DNA from: Fimicolochytrium jonesii
Lineage: Eukaryota
Length of the DNA stretch: 64,000 nucleotides
Direction: 5' to 3'
Assembly (NCBI RefSeq): GCF_025526975.1
Contig: NW_026515682.1
Location: forward strand, 620,001 to 684,000
The position numbers and the translations under genes are program-made. The notes beneath the pieces are model-generated. The model made no database searches and was not told the origin of the DNA. It worked only from the letters and a program-made list of their open reading frames with translations. Numbering within the stretch: position 1 is the stretch's first letter; each line of letters starts with the position of its first letter. Positions 24,646 through 36,850 of the stretch are shown here, one piece after another.

Positions 24646-25371
24646 GATTTATGAAATACCCTTCTGATTCCATTCCGCACGTAGTCCCGGGTTCGAGTCC
24701 TAATTGAAGAAGCTTAGGAGCGAAAGAGGTAGAATGGTCTCGAATGTGCTAGATTCCGGAAACCCTTGTCCTCTGGATGTGTGGTGACCGGAATCTTATG
24801 TAATCGCAGCGAAGACTTCTGACAGCGCGTTCCGATGCTGTAGTGCAGCTTCTAGAGGAAAAGGCTGTCGAAAACCCAACTGCATCCATCGAAACAGTGT
24901 CGCCAGGCACGACTGGCACCTGTCTTTACACAGGTACAACAAACATTATGAAAGCTACGTTTCGTCGGAGGAGTACACTATACTTATGCCATCGTCACCG
25001 GATAGCTGGCCGGTTGTCAGCAGCTGTGATGTAAGGTAAGGGACGGGAGGAGCGAATTTTGCTTTGAGCACACCTAAGTGTACTTATATAAAGTCATTCG
25101 ATGGGGTATAAAGCTATATTGGTGATATAAAATCATAAAGACACTTGACATTACTCGAATCTATGAGACGCTTCCCATATATGCGCAGGGTGGGGGAGAC
25201 CCCTTTCTCCGGCGAAGTATTCCTGGGAGAATGAGCATAAATACCCTTGGGATGTTAAGATGCTTTATTCTGGTTCCCAACGCGCCATCCCCGCGAAGAG
25301 GTTGACCGTTCCCGACGGTAACGCAACTCAAAGCCTCGAACGATGCTTGAGCCACCGAACGACAAACTAAA

Positions 25372-26073
25372 CTACTCTTGCTCCCCAAGTACAAATTTGC
25401 GCAAGATATATTCGTCCGGTGAGAAATGTTCAGTTGCTATAGCCATGAACGCGCTGTGGTCAACATCGAGCCGGTTCAACTCGTGTTCCGCCGTGCATCT
25501 TTCCCTGAACAGATTGGTACTTCGTTTTCCCAGGAAGCTGGAGAGGTCACTCAGCGTTTCGGCTTCCCTTTCGCAGTCGTCCTCACTGATGGGATTTGCT
25601 CCAGCTGCGGGCTGTGATCCTGTTTGCGCAATTAATTGCATGACTTCGTACTGAAGGTCCCGCGTCTCCAACCGAATGTCGTTGAGCAGCATTTTGAGAT
25701 GCATAAATCGCAACAAGTCGATTGCTACCTCTTGTCGGAGGACTCGCGACAAGTCCAAAATCGTCCGTTCGGGTTCGTCGGTGTCATCGACGTGGAGAGT
25801 GTATGTCGCAAGTACAGCCGCGTTGCCGCACACAAACGGTAAGTTTCGATTAACCGCGTCAGGCGAGCGTCGTGCATCATGGCTATCATACGTGAGTTGC
25901 ACTTGGCCTCGAAAGTAGCAATCTTGCCCGGAACCATCGCGTTCTACGACTACGATAGGGAATGATACATCCTTCATATGTCGGACGTGTAGAAGCTTCT
26001 TCAAAGCCTTGAAGTCGCTGACGTCGGTGAAGTACGGCTGACTATCAAAAGGAACAAAGAGGAGTTGCGGCAT
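25372..26073 (-). CDS. Intronless hypothetical protein (233 aa)
   Basis: ATG-to-stop ORF with globular and coiled-coil-like composition; no family recognised. Confidence 0.55.
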   Translation of the reverse strand: MPQLLFVPFDSQPYFTDVSDFKALKKLLHVRHMKDVSFPIVVVERDGSGQDCYFRGQVQLTYDSHDARRSPDAVNRNLPFVCGNAAVLATYTLHVDDTDEPERTILDLSRVLRQEVAIDLLRFMHLKMLLNDIRLETRDLQYEVMQLIAQTGSQPAAGANPISEDDCEREAETLSDLSSFLGKRSTNLFRERCTAEHELNRLDVDHSAFMAIATEHFSPDEYILRKFVLGEQE

Positions 26074-26408
26074 TTATTCGCTTGGAGTGTATACAACTTC
26101 CACAACAAAGGGGCGTTAGCGTTCAGAAGTAAGACTTGCTAATGCGGCGATGTCGAAGGGAATTGTGGTAGCGATTCACGTATTTGGAGGATGTGCACTC
26201 AATTTTACTCCCAGATGGGTTAAGTGCTCTGGAGTTCGGCCATGACTGCTTTTATATGAACAAGCAATTGGCGCGGTGAGGGGTTTAGGGTTAGGCATAC
26301 ACTCCGCGACCCTAACGGACACATGCAACCCAATCGTTCTTGAACTCGTTCTAGAATAGACGATCCCTAAACCTAATAGCTTCAAGATGCCATATCAATT
26401 ATGTATAG

Positions 26409-26725
26409 GTTACCCGGTCCGAGTCAAGGCCTTCGATTGTCAACCTCCTGCTGCGCCCACCTTATATTGCGCCTTCAAATTCTTTTCGCTTCCATCCAGC
26501 TCACGCCAGGTGAAGCGTCTGAGGGTTCCCTGCTGACCTTCCTCGCCCTCACGATAGCAACGAGTCTGCCACCCGCATCAAGATCAAGAGCCCATCATGG
26601 TGAACAGAGACATCCAAGGCGCCAACTTCCGTTACCTCCTCTACACATATGCGCGATATAACGGGTTCAGACCAGACATGAACCGTCAGCCTTGGGAACC
26701 CAATCCTTATCCCCTCTGGTTGTGA
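26409..26725 (+). pseudogene. Possible Fanzor/TnpB C-terminal (RuvC-III) remnant
   Basis: After a GT..CTGAC..AG intron (~26510-26557) the frame reads QRVCHPHQDQEPIMVNRDIQGANFRYLLYTYARYNGFRP..., resembling NRDxNAAxN...RP. No RuvC-I/II seen. Confidence 0.35.
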
Positions 26726-28933
26726 ATGTCCCCCCCCCCCCCGCCGGGCCCCGAATAGCAACCTTCTCCCCCTAAGATCTCCTTAGTTCACCATGATCCC
26801 CCCCTTTAGTTTTTAGATGGCGCTTGTTACAGGGTGCATCAACTTTACGCGGCTGGCCTTCGAGTTTGGCTGTGAACCGATTCTCACCGAATCTCCTATG
26901 ACAGTCTTCACCACCGGTTGTAAACCGTTTTTGGCTTTTGGCTTACTGGAGTAAGAAACTCACTTCCGCGGTTGTCTTGAAAAAACTAAGATTGTTCGGG
27001 TGTGGCGGCGAGCTTCCAGAAACTCCTCCATGACCAGTGCGGAACACTTAATATAGCTGTTGACAAGTTCAACCTCTCGATTATAGTGGTGAGCACTAAG
27101 CTGTTGAGCGCTTTATCGCGTCCTTTGCGAAGTTTCCGCCAGTGATATCTGCGCTTCATTGACAATCGGTCACCTTCGGAAGGCGCAGAGGCCAGGCTAC
27201 CGATTCCGCACGTCGATGAGCTCCCGGAAACCGTAGGCACTGCAACCAAGGATGTCGTGAGACAACGTTGTCGTCGCTGACAACCAGAAATCGTTCTACG
27301 AATACTTCACCTAAACGTATGCGGCCTTCCCCAGTAATGCTTTTTAAATCAAGACGGTCAACGAACACAGTGATCTACACCGCAACCGCAAGCCATCGCG
27401 CCGACGACGTCTCCCAAACGTTTTCGTCACGTTCTAACTCTTGTTTCTCCAGTGTCGGCGTCAGAGAATGGTAGTCTTGCTCACTGCTATACGGACGCAT
27501 AGAGTGATTATCATCAGACCACTGACGTAAACGAGACGCAGTTCACGACCAAACTCAACGCCCTTCCCACAGGGTCAGGTAAGGCAGGTCGTTAATGTTC
27601 AAGTTTGCCGTAATGCCTGATATACATTCTTGCGATTGATTTATGTACCTCCCAGTGCGGAACTTGACGGAGGTCTTGGCGTTACGTGATAACAAAATGT
27701 CACTGGACTCTTCGCAAGCAAATGAGTTTCTGTTTCAGCTGATCCCTCAAGACGAGGACGAAGATTGGCGACAGGTGCGAGCATCAAGTGCGGTGCAAAC
27801 ATCGAAGTTCTGCACGCACGTTATTTGTGACTGAAGGTTTTTTCGGCATGACCAGCTCGTCAGGTGCACCATCTGCAGTAGGCACCAAAGTTTGATCACT
27901 CCGTGCGATGGGAAATTTACGGATGATTCTCAATGATAGTTTTTCTGGTTCCCATAGAGAGGGTGGAGTTACAATCAGTGTTTGGCGCTCGCCAAAAGCA
28001 TGCCGAACCACCAGAGCATCGCGGCAGGACACGCAACGTGGGAATGTACTGGGCGGCATCGGACAGGTTTTTCCAGGCATTCCTTATCGTGCCAACGTTT
28101 CTCAAACCAGATTGAAATTCTGTCTGTGGGAGAGAAACTCAGGTCCCCGCAAACATCGATGCTGACCCTTTCCCCCGTTGCATCAGTCCCATCGTAACCG
28201 AATGTGAAGGGTAAGCGAATTGTTCAAAAGCCGCTACCAATTGGGTCGGGTAGAATCGACCGATGGTTCAAGAGGTTGGATCCGCGAAAATAACGTTGCA
28301 CCCTTAAAAGATCCCGCCCGTTTGGACACGCGTCCGAACCCGCCAAGGGTCAGGGCTAAGGGTTGTGCGCCAGGGTTCAGGGCTAGCCGTGCTGGACTGT
28401 AATTCGTAGGGCAGAGAATATGGGGAGGCATTCGATTGTTCTCCATCAGGTCGTCAACAACGCTTCGCGCTTGACGCTGGGCATTCTGGGTTGCGATAAA
28501 GTGGGCGGACAGAATCGCAACGATAGCAGCAGTGGCAGCGTCCATTCTTGCTCGTCTTGCTGCCGGTATGTCCGTAGCATCAGGACATCAGGAAGTTGTG
28601 ACAACTAGAAGCTACCGTGAGATTCCAGAGTTTTGCATTGCCAAACCCTGGCTGAAGATTGAGAGAGATTGACGCTAATATGAGAGAATAAAGATCCCAT
28701 GATTTGGGAGACATGTTCATCAATTGATCCGGGGTCTGGACGTTGCCCACGTCGTCCCCATCAGGGCCCAGCTTTGATTCTCGGGCTTTTACATTGCTTG
28801 TATCCTTCTTTCGTCGCTACAAACTTCCAATATAAATAAGGACCGGCGGGGTTGAGGCAGTGCACGGCAAAGTCCAGAATCAAACGTCAAAGTTCGAATT
28901 CTTTCCCAGCGTTATAAAAAAATCTGAGAGAAG

Positions 28934-31376
28934 ATGGCATCACCTTTGAATCCCCTCGTACCCACGAACGATGAGGAAGTCGGCGCAGATGGGGGGGACT
29001 ACGATCCGGCGAGTTTGGCAGCCGAAGCCAAGAAGGCCAATGGCAGCAAATCCAGCACTTTTCCGGCGATCAAAGTTCCGTTGTGGGTTCTGCTGGGAGG
29101 AACAACTTTGCTCATCCTAGCAATGGTTGTTGTACCGGTGAGTCCCAAGAAGACAGCACGTTGTATGGGTGAGAATAGAGAGACTTGTGCGCCATCACTC
29201 ACCTCTTGCGAGCATCAACGCAAAATTAGTCCAGCACAATTTTCATAACAAACGCTTATGCGAATTCGGAGGAGAGCGCACAGACTATCACAGAGGTTTG
29301 CTCACCAATGCTGCTTCCTCCTGTCGCCCGGGTCACTTAAGAAGCTTGAATTCTCTCCTTACCATATAAGGCGACTCTAGGGGCTGCCTACAACAACTTC
29401 AACAGTTTAATCCTCAATAACCGCCGGGTTGGTCTTACATTCGGCCGCAACAGCAGGACCGTTAGTCTGCTTGAAAGCGCCGGCAGTAGCTCAGCTACAT
29501 CCGGCATGATTTGGCCTGCTTTGCGAGGCTCCGATTTTCTCAAAGATATGATAGAGCTTAGTCACAATAACGACGATATTTCTACGTAAGAGGAGTTTGG
29601 CAACGACGACCAACAGCGCTGAGAATCTATAGCATTGTTATTTTCTCAGTACCTTAATCTTATTATCTCATTCCAGGATTTGGTGTTTGAAGAATACAGG
29701 TCCTGCGTCGGATTGGGCTTCACCTCATGTGCAATTCGGGATTGACAAATGGACCATCAAAAGCCTGTCGCCCATCTACGGCGGCAGTGCCGGGAATCTG
29801 GCTGACCTGAAAACCCTTCTCCCGTATGGAGCATACTGGACGATGGACTACATGGAGCAGCATCGTGCGTGATGTCGTGTTCTAAATCCAATAAAGCCAT
29901 GGCCTGAAGGCTGTTCCATGATTTATTTTCTTTTAACGCTCGTTACCCATTTCTTAAATCTCCTGCAGATCAGAACACTTACTGGAAGGTTGGTCAATAT
30001 CAGCATGCCATGTTTTTATGTCAAGCTCATCGACTTACAGAAACTTCTTCCTCCTTACAGCAAGCAATTGATCAAAATGCCAATAATCTAACTGCGCAAG
30101 CGGTATCAATCATTCTTCAAGAATATACCCAGGACTTCTTCGATCCTTCAAAGAATCTCTCCAACTTCAACCGCATGGCTCGCGTCTCGCCTTATCTTGG
30201 AAACGCTTGGACATATTACAACTCGTCCTCGATTTTCCCGACTGCCAACCTTTATAATACCAGTCGCGACCCTGCTTACCTCAAGATGACTAGTGGCCTA
30301 TTGGACGGGCAAACGTATTGGGGATACGGCAATATCTATGGGAGAACATATGCGTGAGTTTTCGTTGGGATATGATCACTTCGTATAGCCGAAAGGTCTT
30401 GATATGGCGTTCACGTCAACAGAGCTGTCAACACTGTGATATACGCGGGCCAGTCGACGCCTAGCCATGTCTGCCAAGCAGGCGGCATTCTTCAAGAGTC
30501 TCTGGATCTTTATATGCAGACCCTGGTCCCGTCGCAGAATGCCGTTATTTTCCTTTTCGATGCGCTGGGTACGGGCATGTACCCTGCAGGAACCATTATC
30601 TCGACATCCATTCCCAATGCTGGCATCCCTACCGACCCGATGTTAGCGCTTTTCTCTCTCCGTAAGTAGGGGGTGTTCAAGGATTGCTTGCTGTGATACT
30701 TGAATGCTTCATTCACCTCATCGTTATTCCAGTCACTATCGACAAATCGTGGGACTCCAACATCGCACAAGTTGGCAAGTACCTTCGCGCAAAGTATCCT
30801 GTCATTTCCGACCTTGTGGGGCCGACCACATTCAAAGCCACGCTTGGAGATGGTCAGGCTTGGTACATTGGGGCGCAGCAGATTAAGGTCGACGACATCG
30901 GTGGCAAGTGGACGTTGGTCATTGCCTTTCCTCGTAGCGACTTCTTTGCTTCCATCGACCGTTCCATCATACGCAGCATCATTGTCATGGCATGCTTGGC
31001 CGTTGCGGGTGTTTTGGCGACACTAGCGGTTTCATTTGCCGTGGTTTACCCGTTACACGTCCTCGGAGTATGCATGGGTGAAGCAACACAGATGAAATTC
31101 AAATTCTTGGAGGACCGCAATATAGATAAGACGAGTGCGGTGACTGAGGTAGCATCAGCTGCACATTGAGTCTGACACGAGATAGGTCCAGCGTAACTTA
31201 TCATGCTGCGCTTGTTCATCCAGATTTCGAATTTGCAAACTGCCTTCGCGACAATGGTAAAAGCGTTCGCCGCCGGAATCCGCAAAAACGCCAGTCTGGT
31301 TTCTGCCAAGTCACGAGTAGGAGCCACGACATCCGTAATGAAGAAAAAACTGTCAATTACTCAAGCTTCAGACTGA
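28934..31376 (+). CDS. Multi-exon membrane sensor: N-terminal TM, Cache-like ectodomain, second TM, HAMP-like segment, no catalytic output domain
   Basis: KVPLWVLLGG TM1; WTLVIAFPRSDFFASID then TM2; PLHVLGVCM..ATQMKF...SAVTE/ISNLQTAFATMV HAMP pattern; several GT-AG introns. Confidence 0.7.
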
Positions 31377-31899
31377 CCGATCATAAGATGCGGGTGTATC
31401 AAATTGCGCACAATGTTTCCGGCTTAGCCGTGCTCTTTTTTGCTGTACTTGGATGCACCGATTTCCGTGCATACAAGATCCCCGAATTAATTGATTTCGC
31501 TCGTTGGAGTTGACAGCGGCCATGAAAGGGTTGACGAGGGACTTGTTTGAGCTATTCAAGTCTTCGCGACAAAGACGAACCGGTGGCCTTCCTCTCTGCT
31601 GCAAACACTTGCGCAGGTCGTCGTGCCAACCCTTTAGTCACTTCCATAGGAGTAGGTCGGTGTGACTTTGCACACATTTATTGTTGAGATGCCGACGAAA
31701 AGACGAGGATCCTTGTCGCGTGGCTCTGTGGGTGAACAGGTGTCGTGTTTGAAAATGGGCTTGTAAGGTTACTAGCGCGCTATGTGCTCGGTGCGGTAAT
31801 TGTCGATTGTTGGCCGTACAGTTATACAGTCCGGACGCCGGCGAGTTGCGCTTGTCGGCTGCCGGAGCAGCGTACGCGTACGTGGTGAAAGGGCAGCTG

Positions 31900-34015
31900 G
31901 ATTTGCAACAAATGGTGTCAATGGAAGGGTCCATCAAGGTAGCTTGGAGCATGAGCGCCGGCTGCGAGGTGCGACTTGAGGTCTCTGTACAAGCTGCTGT
32001 GCTGGTCGAAACCGCGCCAGAGGTTGCTGGATTATTAGGCTACGGGCGATGCTACACCAGGTGCGACGGTGTCGCTGAGGTGTGTGAGTCGGGGGGCATA
32101 CCTCGCGGAGAGTTCGATGGCCATGTGAGCACAGTTTTTGGGTGCTGGATTATTAGGCTGCGGGCGACGCCACACCAGGTGCGACGGTGTGGTGCCGGCT
32201 TGTCGAAACCGCGATGTTCGGCAGATGGTGCTACGCTGATGTGATATGCGAGCCTGCCTTAAACTGCGCAGTGTAAAGCGATTCTTGACCTACCACCGAG
32301 CCATGGCTATCTGCGGCCGTCAGCGGGTGAACTTTGGCAACCTGATATTGAAGGATGTTCTGCGGACAGCCGTCGGTTTCCTTGCGCTGCTACAGGTGAT
32401 AGCAATGAAGGTGCATCCGGAGTTGAGGGACGATGGGACCTTGTTAGACGCTGTGATAATGGTAATACCTTCCACATGTGGGATGGTGACATCCAACTCC
32501 AATGCCGTCGGATGTAGTTCTTGAGCGATAGGGAGCAATGTTAGCGCCTCACAATTAGTTCTGCTTACCGCTCGCTTGACCTCAAACACTTGATGTGGAG
32601 AGCCTCTTCTGAGATATTCACGCTTACTTCTCAACCGCTTGACCGTAGGATTCAAAAGTAAGCGTAAATTTCGCAGAAGAGGGTCTTCGGTATTCCCTAT
32701 GTTGGTATCGCCGGAGAGGAAAGCAAACTTCACAGGGGACCCTGTTACAGGGGCAGTAAAGAGATATCCGATGCCAACCGCCGCTCTCGACAACTCGCGG
32801 TTTGAACCACGTGTGTCTTCTCAGCGTCGTATGCTTTTGTCGGAGTTCTCTTATACACGCTGTCGCTTCCCGTCAGTCGACGCGCAAAACCACGCAAAGG
32901 CAATTAAGCGACGCGCTTATTTCAAAGAACTTAGAGAGGGGCCACGCACTCTCGCGCGCGCCTTTGGAGCCCTGGGCCGCCTCGGGCACTTTCTCTTTCA
33001 TTGTCTGGCCAGGGCTGGCCAGAAGTGCGGTACCTCTCTTGTGACACAGACACTCAATTCCATTAAGAGGTGGGTATACCAATCTCGCCATCGCCATTCT
33101 GGTCCCCAGGCTGGCTGGCTGACCAGGCTGACCCGCTGCACATGTAATGTGGAGTGTCCGGTCTTATTGGAGAACAACATGTGTGAGCGAGACATGTCCC
33201 GCCTGGTGTGCGAGACATGTCCCAGACAGGGTTCTCCAGTGGACTCCGACCTCATGGGTACTTCCGGTGCTCGTCGCGCGATCCTATGAACAACAAGTAG
33301 TTCTTCTACTACATATCGCATAGCAGCGCCGACGAACACCCAGTCCGTCTACAATAGCTTACAGCAAAGTAGTTATTGTATACGAACATCAGTTATACAA
33401 CCCCTGTGGAAGGTAGTCCACATCACATGGTAGCACCCCTCGTTTCGAGCAAAACGAGCTTCCTAGTAGATAAACACGTCGGCAACTTCAGCATCTCGAA
33501 ATTGCGGACGTAGCAATCGTCACAGAACGTCGATACAATCATTCTAGACGATTCATATAGCCTTCAGGACGTCCAGGACAACGTCCACCTCAACTCCTGA
33601 AGCCCCTAGTGCACTATAGTCGAAAAGCGCCGACCTCTAGGTTATTTACCTAGTGGAACGACCGATACGTCGCAACCACCTCGCTTTTCGCACCTGGATG
33701 GTTAGACAAACCTCCGTAACCCACAGTTTGCCATCCATATCTTACTCTTTCAGTATATCAACATCTTGAGAGTATACGTCCCACAGTCGATATGTAGTCA
33801 ACATAAACGCGTGTTTACTAGTATCCAATTAGGACCCCGTTCACGGATCGGAAGTCTACCCCAGTAATTTGATTCCCTTCAAACTTGGAAACCACGTAGA
33901 GTATCCAGAGCTTGAAGACTTCTGAAACTTTCAAAGAGATTCGACCTACAGATACTGAGATATCAAAAAACGGGTTTTCCATCGCCACTATAACCTCTGT
34001 ATAGCAAGACTGCAA
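31900..34015 (-). pseudogene. Heavily decayed gene or transposon ORF with a PHD-finger-like remnant
   Basis: GVGCHHPTCGRYYHYHSV*...HCYHL at ~32390-32500; protein-like frame at 33000-33800 with many stops; ~48-bp direct repeat at ~32024 and ~32143. Confidence 0.3.
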
Positions 34016-34402
34016 CAGTTTTGACCGAAACGACCCCCGATAAGGTTCTTCCCAATCTAAAGAACTACCATGAATTTACCTGAACGTTTTGGGATTTTTG
34101 AATCACTGCAAAACGAGTAATCCGTTATCGCCTTCGTCAATGTTTCGATATTGAAGCGAAAACGGGCGGATAGAAAAAGTCTTTCAGTTTTGGGACAGAG
34201 CTAAGCCGTTAGGGTTCCTCTTGATTCCCTCAAAGGCCCTTTTAAACTGATAGCTTCAGATCCTGTCTGGGATCAACGTAGCCAAAACCCGCCGTCATCG
34301 GACATGGTGGATTTTGGGGATTTTTCGCTCAAAAAGAGGGAAAATCTATGCTCAAATTTTGGTTGTTGCATATGGAACATACCTGATTCGAGAACCTTGT
34401 TG

Positions 34403-34933
34403 TGTTAAGAATGGGCGGAGCCGACGGAAATAGAGGCGACTTGTGGTGCAGGTTGTTGACAGGTAATGGTATTCAGACCGAAACAAGAACTAGAACAAGA
34501 CTAGGAAGAACTGGTGTTGATCTGCTGGGGGATCAGGAAGTGGGGAGCTCAGGGGAGGCGGCTATTTATGCTTTTCTGGGAAGGCTGGGGAAGCGTGGGG
34601 AAGCAGAAGGGTACGGAATGAGAGGGAAGCCAAGAGAAGCGCCAAGGGTGGGGGAAGCATAGAAACAGAAGACTGGGGATGGGGTGGCTACGCTGAGGCT
34701 CTGGGCGGGTACGTGGGGAAGTATGAAGAAGGGTTTGTAAGCGCCGAGTGTTGGGAGGTGTGGCTACGTGCGGCTGCGTGGAGAAATGAAGGCAGTGGCA
34801 GGTGTGGGGTAGCGCGGCTGCGTGCGGCTGCGAGGTTTGGCAGATGTCAGGTTTTGACAGGGAATTGACATTGACTGACTGTTGGGATGCTGTCATGAGG
34901 TAAGCGCATGGTATGGACGCGTCGTCCATAACA
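34403..34933 (-). repeat. Solo LTR of gypsy family C
   Basis: TG...CA; TSD TGTTG at 34398-34402 and 34934-34938; matches 46761-47279 and 52068-52586. Confidence 0.95.
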
Positions 34934-35126
34934 TGTTGTTTGTGTGTATTTGCTCGAGGTACTGAGCTATACAACATCAATGGAGTACTTCTGTCCGCAT
35001 TCTGGACGTATTCGTCATTGTTTGACGTTATTCGACCTGAAAACAAGATTACACTGGCGAGAAGGTCATCATGAGTACATCAACGGGTAGTACAGTTACC
35101 AGGAGTGAGGAAACTACTCCTGGGGG

Positions 35127-35172
35127 TAGGGTTAGGGTTAGGGTTAGGGTTAGGGTTAGGGTAGGGTTAGGG
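35127..35172 (+). repeat. Interstitial telomeric tract (TTAGGG)n, about 7-8 units with one variant
   Basis: Directly visible. Confidence 0.92.
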
Positions 35173-35631
35173 ACAGGGTTGAGGCACGCACTCTCTCCTA
35201 GTGCAAAATGCGGCCACCTTTAAAAGATGCCTACTTAAACGATACAGAATCCCGGCGCAGACGTTGTCAAGAAGGCGTTTGCATCCTTTCAACATTTGCC
35301 GTACGCGCACAAATGCAGATTTGCGCAAGATGGGGCGAAATGGCCTAGCGGGCATCTCAAAGCGAAAGCAGATTGGCTCCCTCATCCCTCTGTAGTTTCT
35401 CCGTTCGGATCCCTTCCAGTTTCTCCACGTTGTCCCCACTCCATGTGCCCAAGCACCCGGCAATTTTGTCGATGTTTTTGTGAGCTTGGACAGGCCATTC
35501 GACACGGACATCTTCTTTCTCTAGTTTGTCAACTTGTCGAAACCAGTCGTCACACAAAAGCAGAATGACGGGCCAACAGCTTAACGGTGCGGTAGCACTG
35601 AGCAGTACAACGGACAATCTAGTAAAGCATC

Positions 35632-36850
35632 TTAAGCTACATCCTCCAACGCTATGGTAGGAGTGGGAGCCCAGCTCCGGCCAGGAATATTTCCCCCCAG
35701 ATTGCGAGCCGAGGCGCCCGCGATTTGTTGTGGGTTGTCTCCTTTGTCAGCCAGGGCAGAGTTTCCTATCTGAGGCTTGGCTGGGCTGCTGGATTTCGCA
35801 ATTCGAGGCCCCGTTCGAGATCCGGTACTTTCCGATTGTGCATTCGACGCTTGATCAGCGGACGTTTTGAAAAGTGCGAGCACTTCAAAAAGGTTTTCAC
35901 CCACCACCCAATACACACTAACAGTTTGTTGTATTGGGTTGGTGTACCAACTGCCCCCTAAAGGGAAGGGAAAAGGAAGGGTGAGGAAACTCGGATCAAC
36001 ACTGGAAGCAAGGGCAGAAGAAACGGAAGAAAATCTTAGAACGTACCCGGGAGGCTAGAATAATAATTATCGTCAGGGTAGACATGGTCATGGTGAAAAG
36101 GAGCAGGACGTTGTTGATAAGCTCCATATTTCTCATCCGCTGGGCCCCTGGGGATCCCACTGAAACACCTTTGTTGCGGTTTGCGCGAAGCTATTCCGAT
36201 AATTGTGAATGTTCAATTTAGGATTGCAATAACGTCTCAAGCAATCTCCGTCGGTGACAAACCCAATTACCCCTTTCGTAAACGTCCCCAGTCCAACAAG
36301 TGAGTATACAAGCGGCTTGATGACACTAATTCCCCAGAAGTATGACGAAATCCCTCCTAAGAATTCGTTTTGCAAAACGTCTCTGTAAGCGATGCCTAGT
36401 TCAGCAGCACCGGTTGCTAGATATAAATACGGTAAGCCAAGCAATAAAACGGAGAAGCTGAGACCACATCATCCTCAGAAATATACCGGTGGCAATAATT
36501 ATCAAGCCAGCGACGAGAGCCTTCTGATGCGGCTTGTTGGTCAGTATAGCTCGGAAGCGCAGAGCGGAGGCCATAAGAAGGGTGCTGTTTCGGACGATAG
36601 ACCAGGGAATCAAAAGCACCGAGAATAAATATAAGTGATCCCTGTATGTGTACGAGTACGGGTTGCTTCTGGCCCATGCAAGCACCGCACAGTCGGCCAC
36701 TGTAATTCCGAACAAACGAAGAGATGCGAGATGAACGGCAAGAAATGACTCACTCTCATCCCACGGAGTAGACGAGCGTACCAGATAAACACGTGCAAGC
36801 AAAAAGAAGATATGCTCGCAGATCGGGTCTCGTCTTGAGTCTCCAACCAC
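35632..36850 (-). pseudogene. Multi-pass membrane protein gene or pseudogene
   Basis: Consecutive hydrophobic frames (36401-36850, 36133-36444) and an S/P-rich tail (35632-35916); structure unresolved. Confidence 0.35.

Noticed and set aside
28220..28402. SH3-like motif GRVESTDGSRGWIRENNV
   Set aside because: Too short, and no coherent gene model could be built around it.
32639..33289. 216-codon plus-strand ORF
   Set aside because: No motif; likely the shadow of the decayed minus-strand sequence.
35127..35172. A true chromosome end
   Set aside because: Short tract with 29 kb of sequence continuing beyond it.
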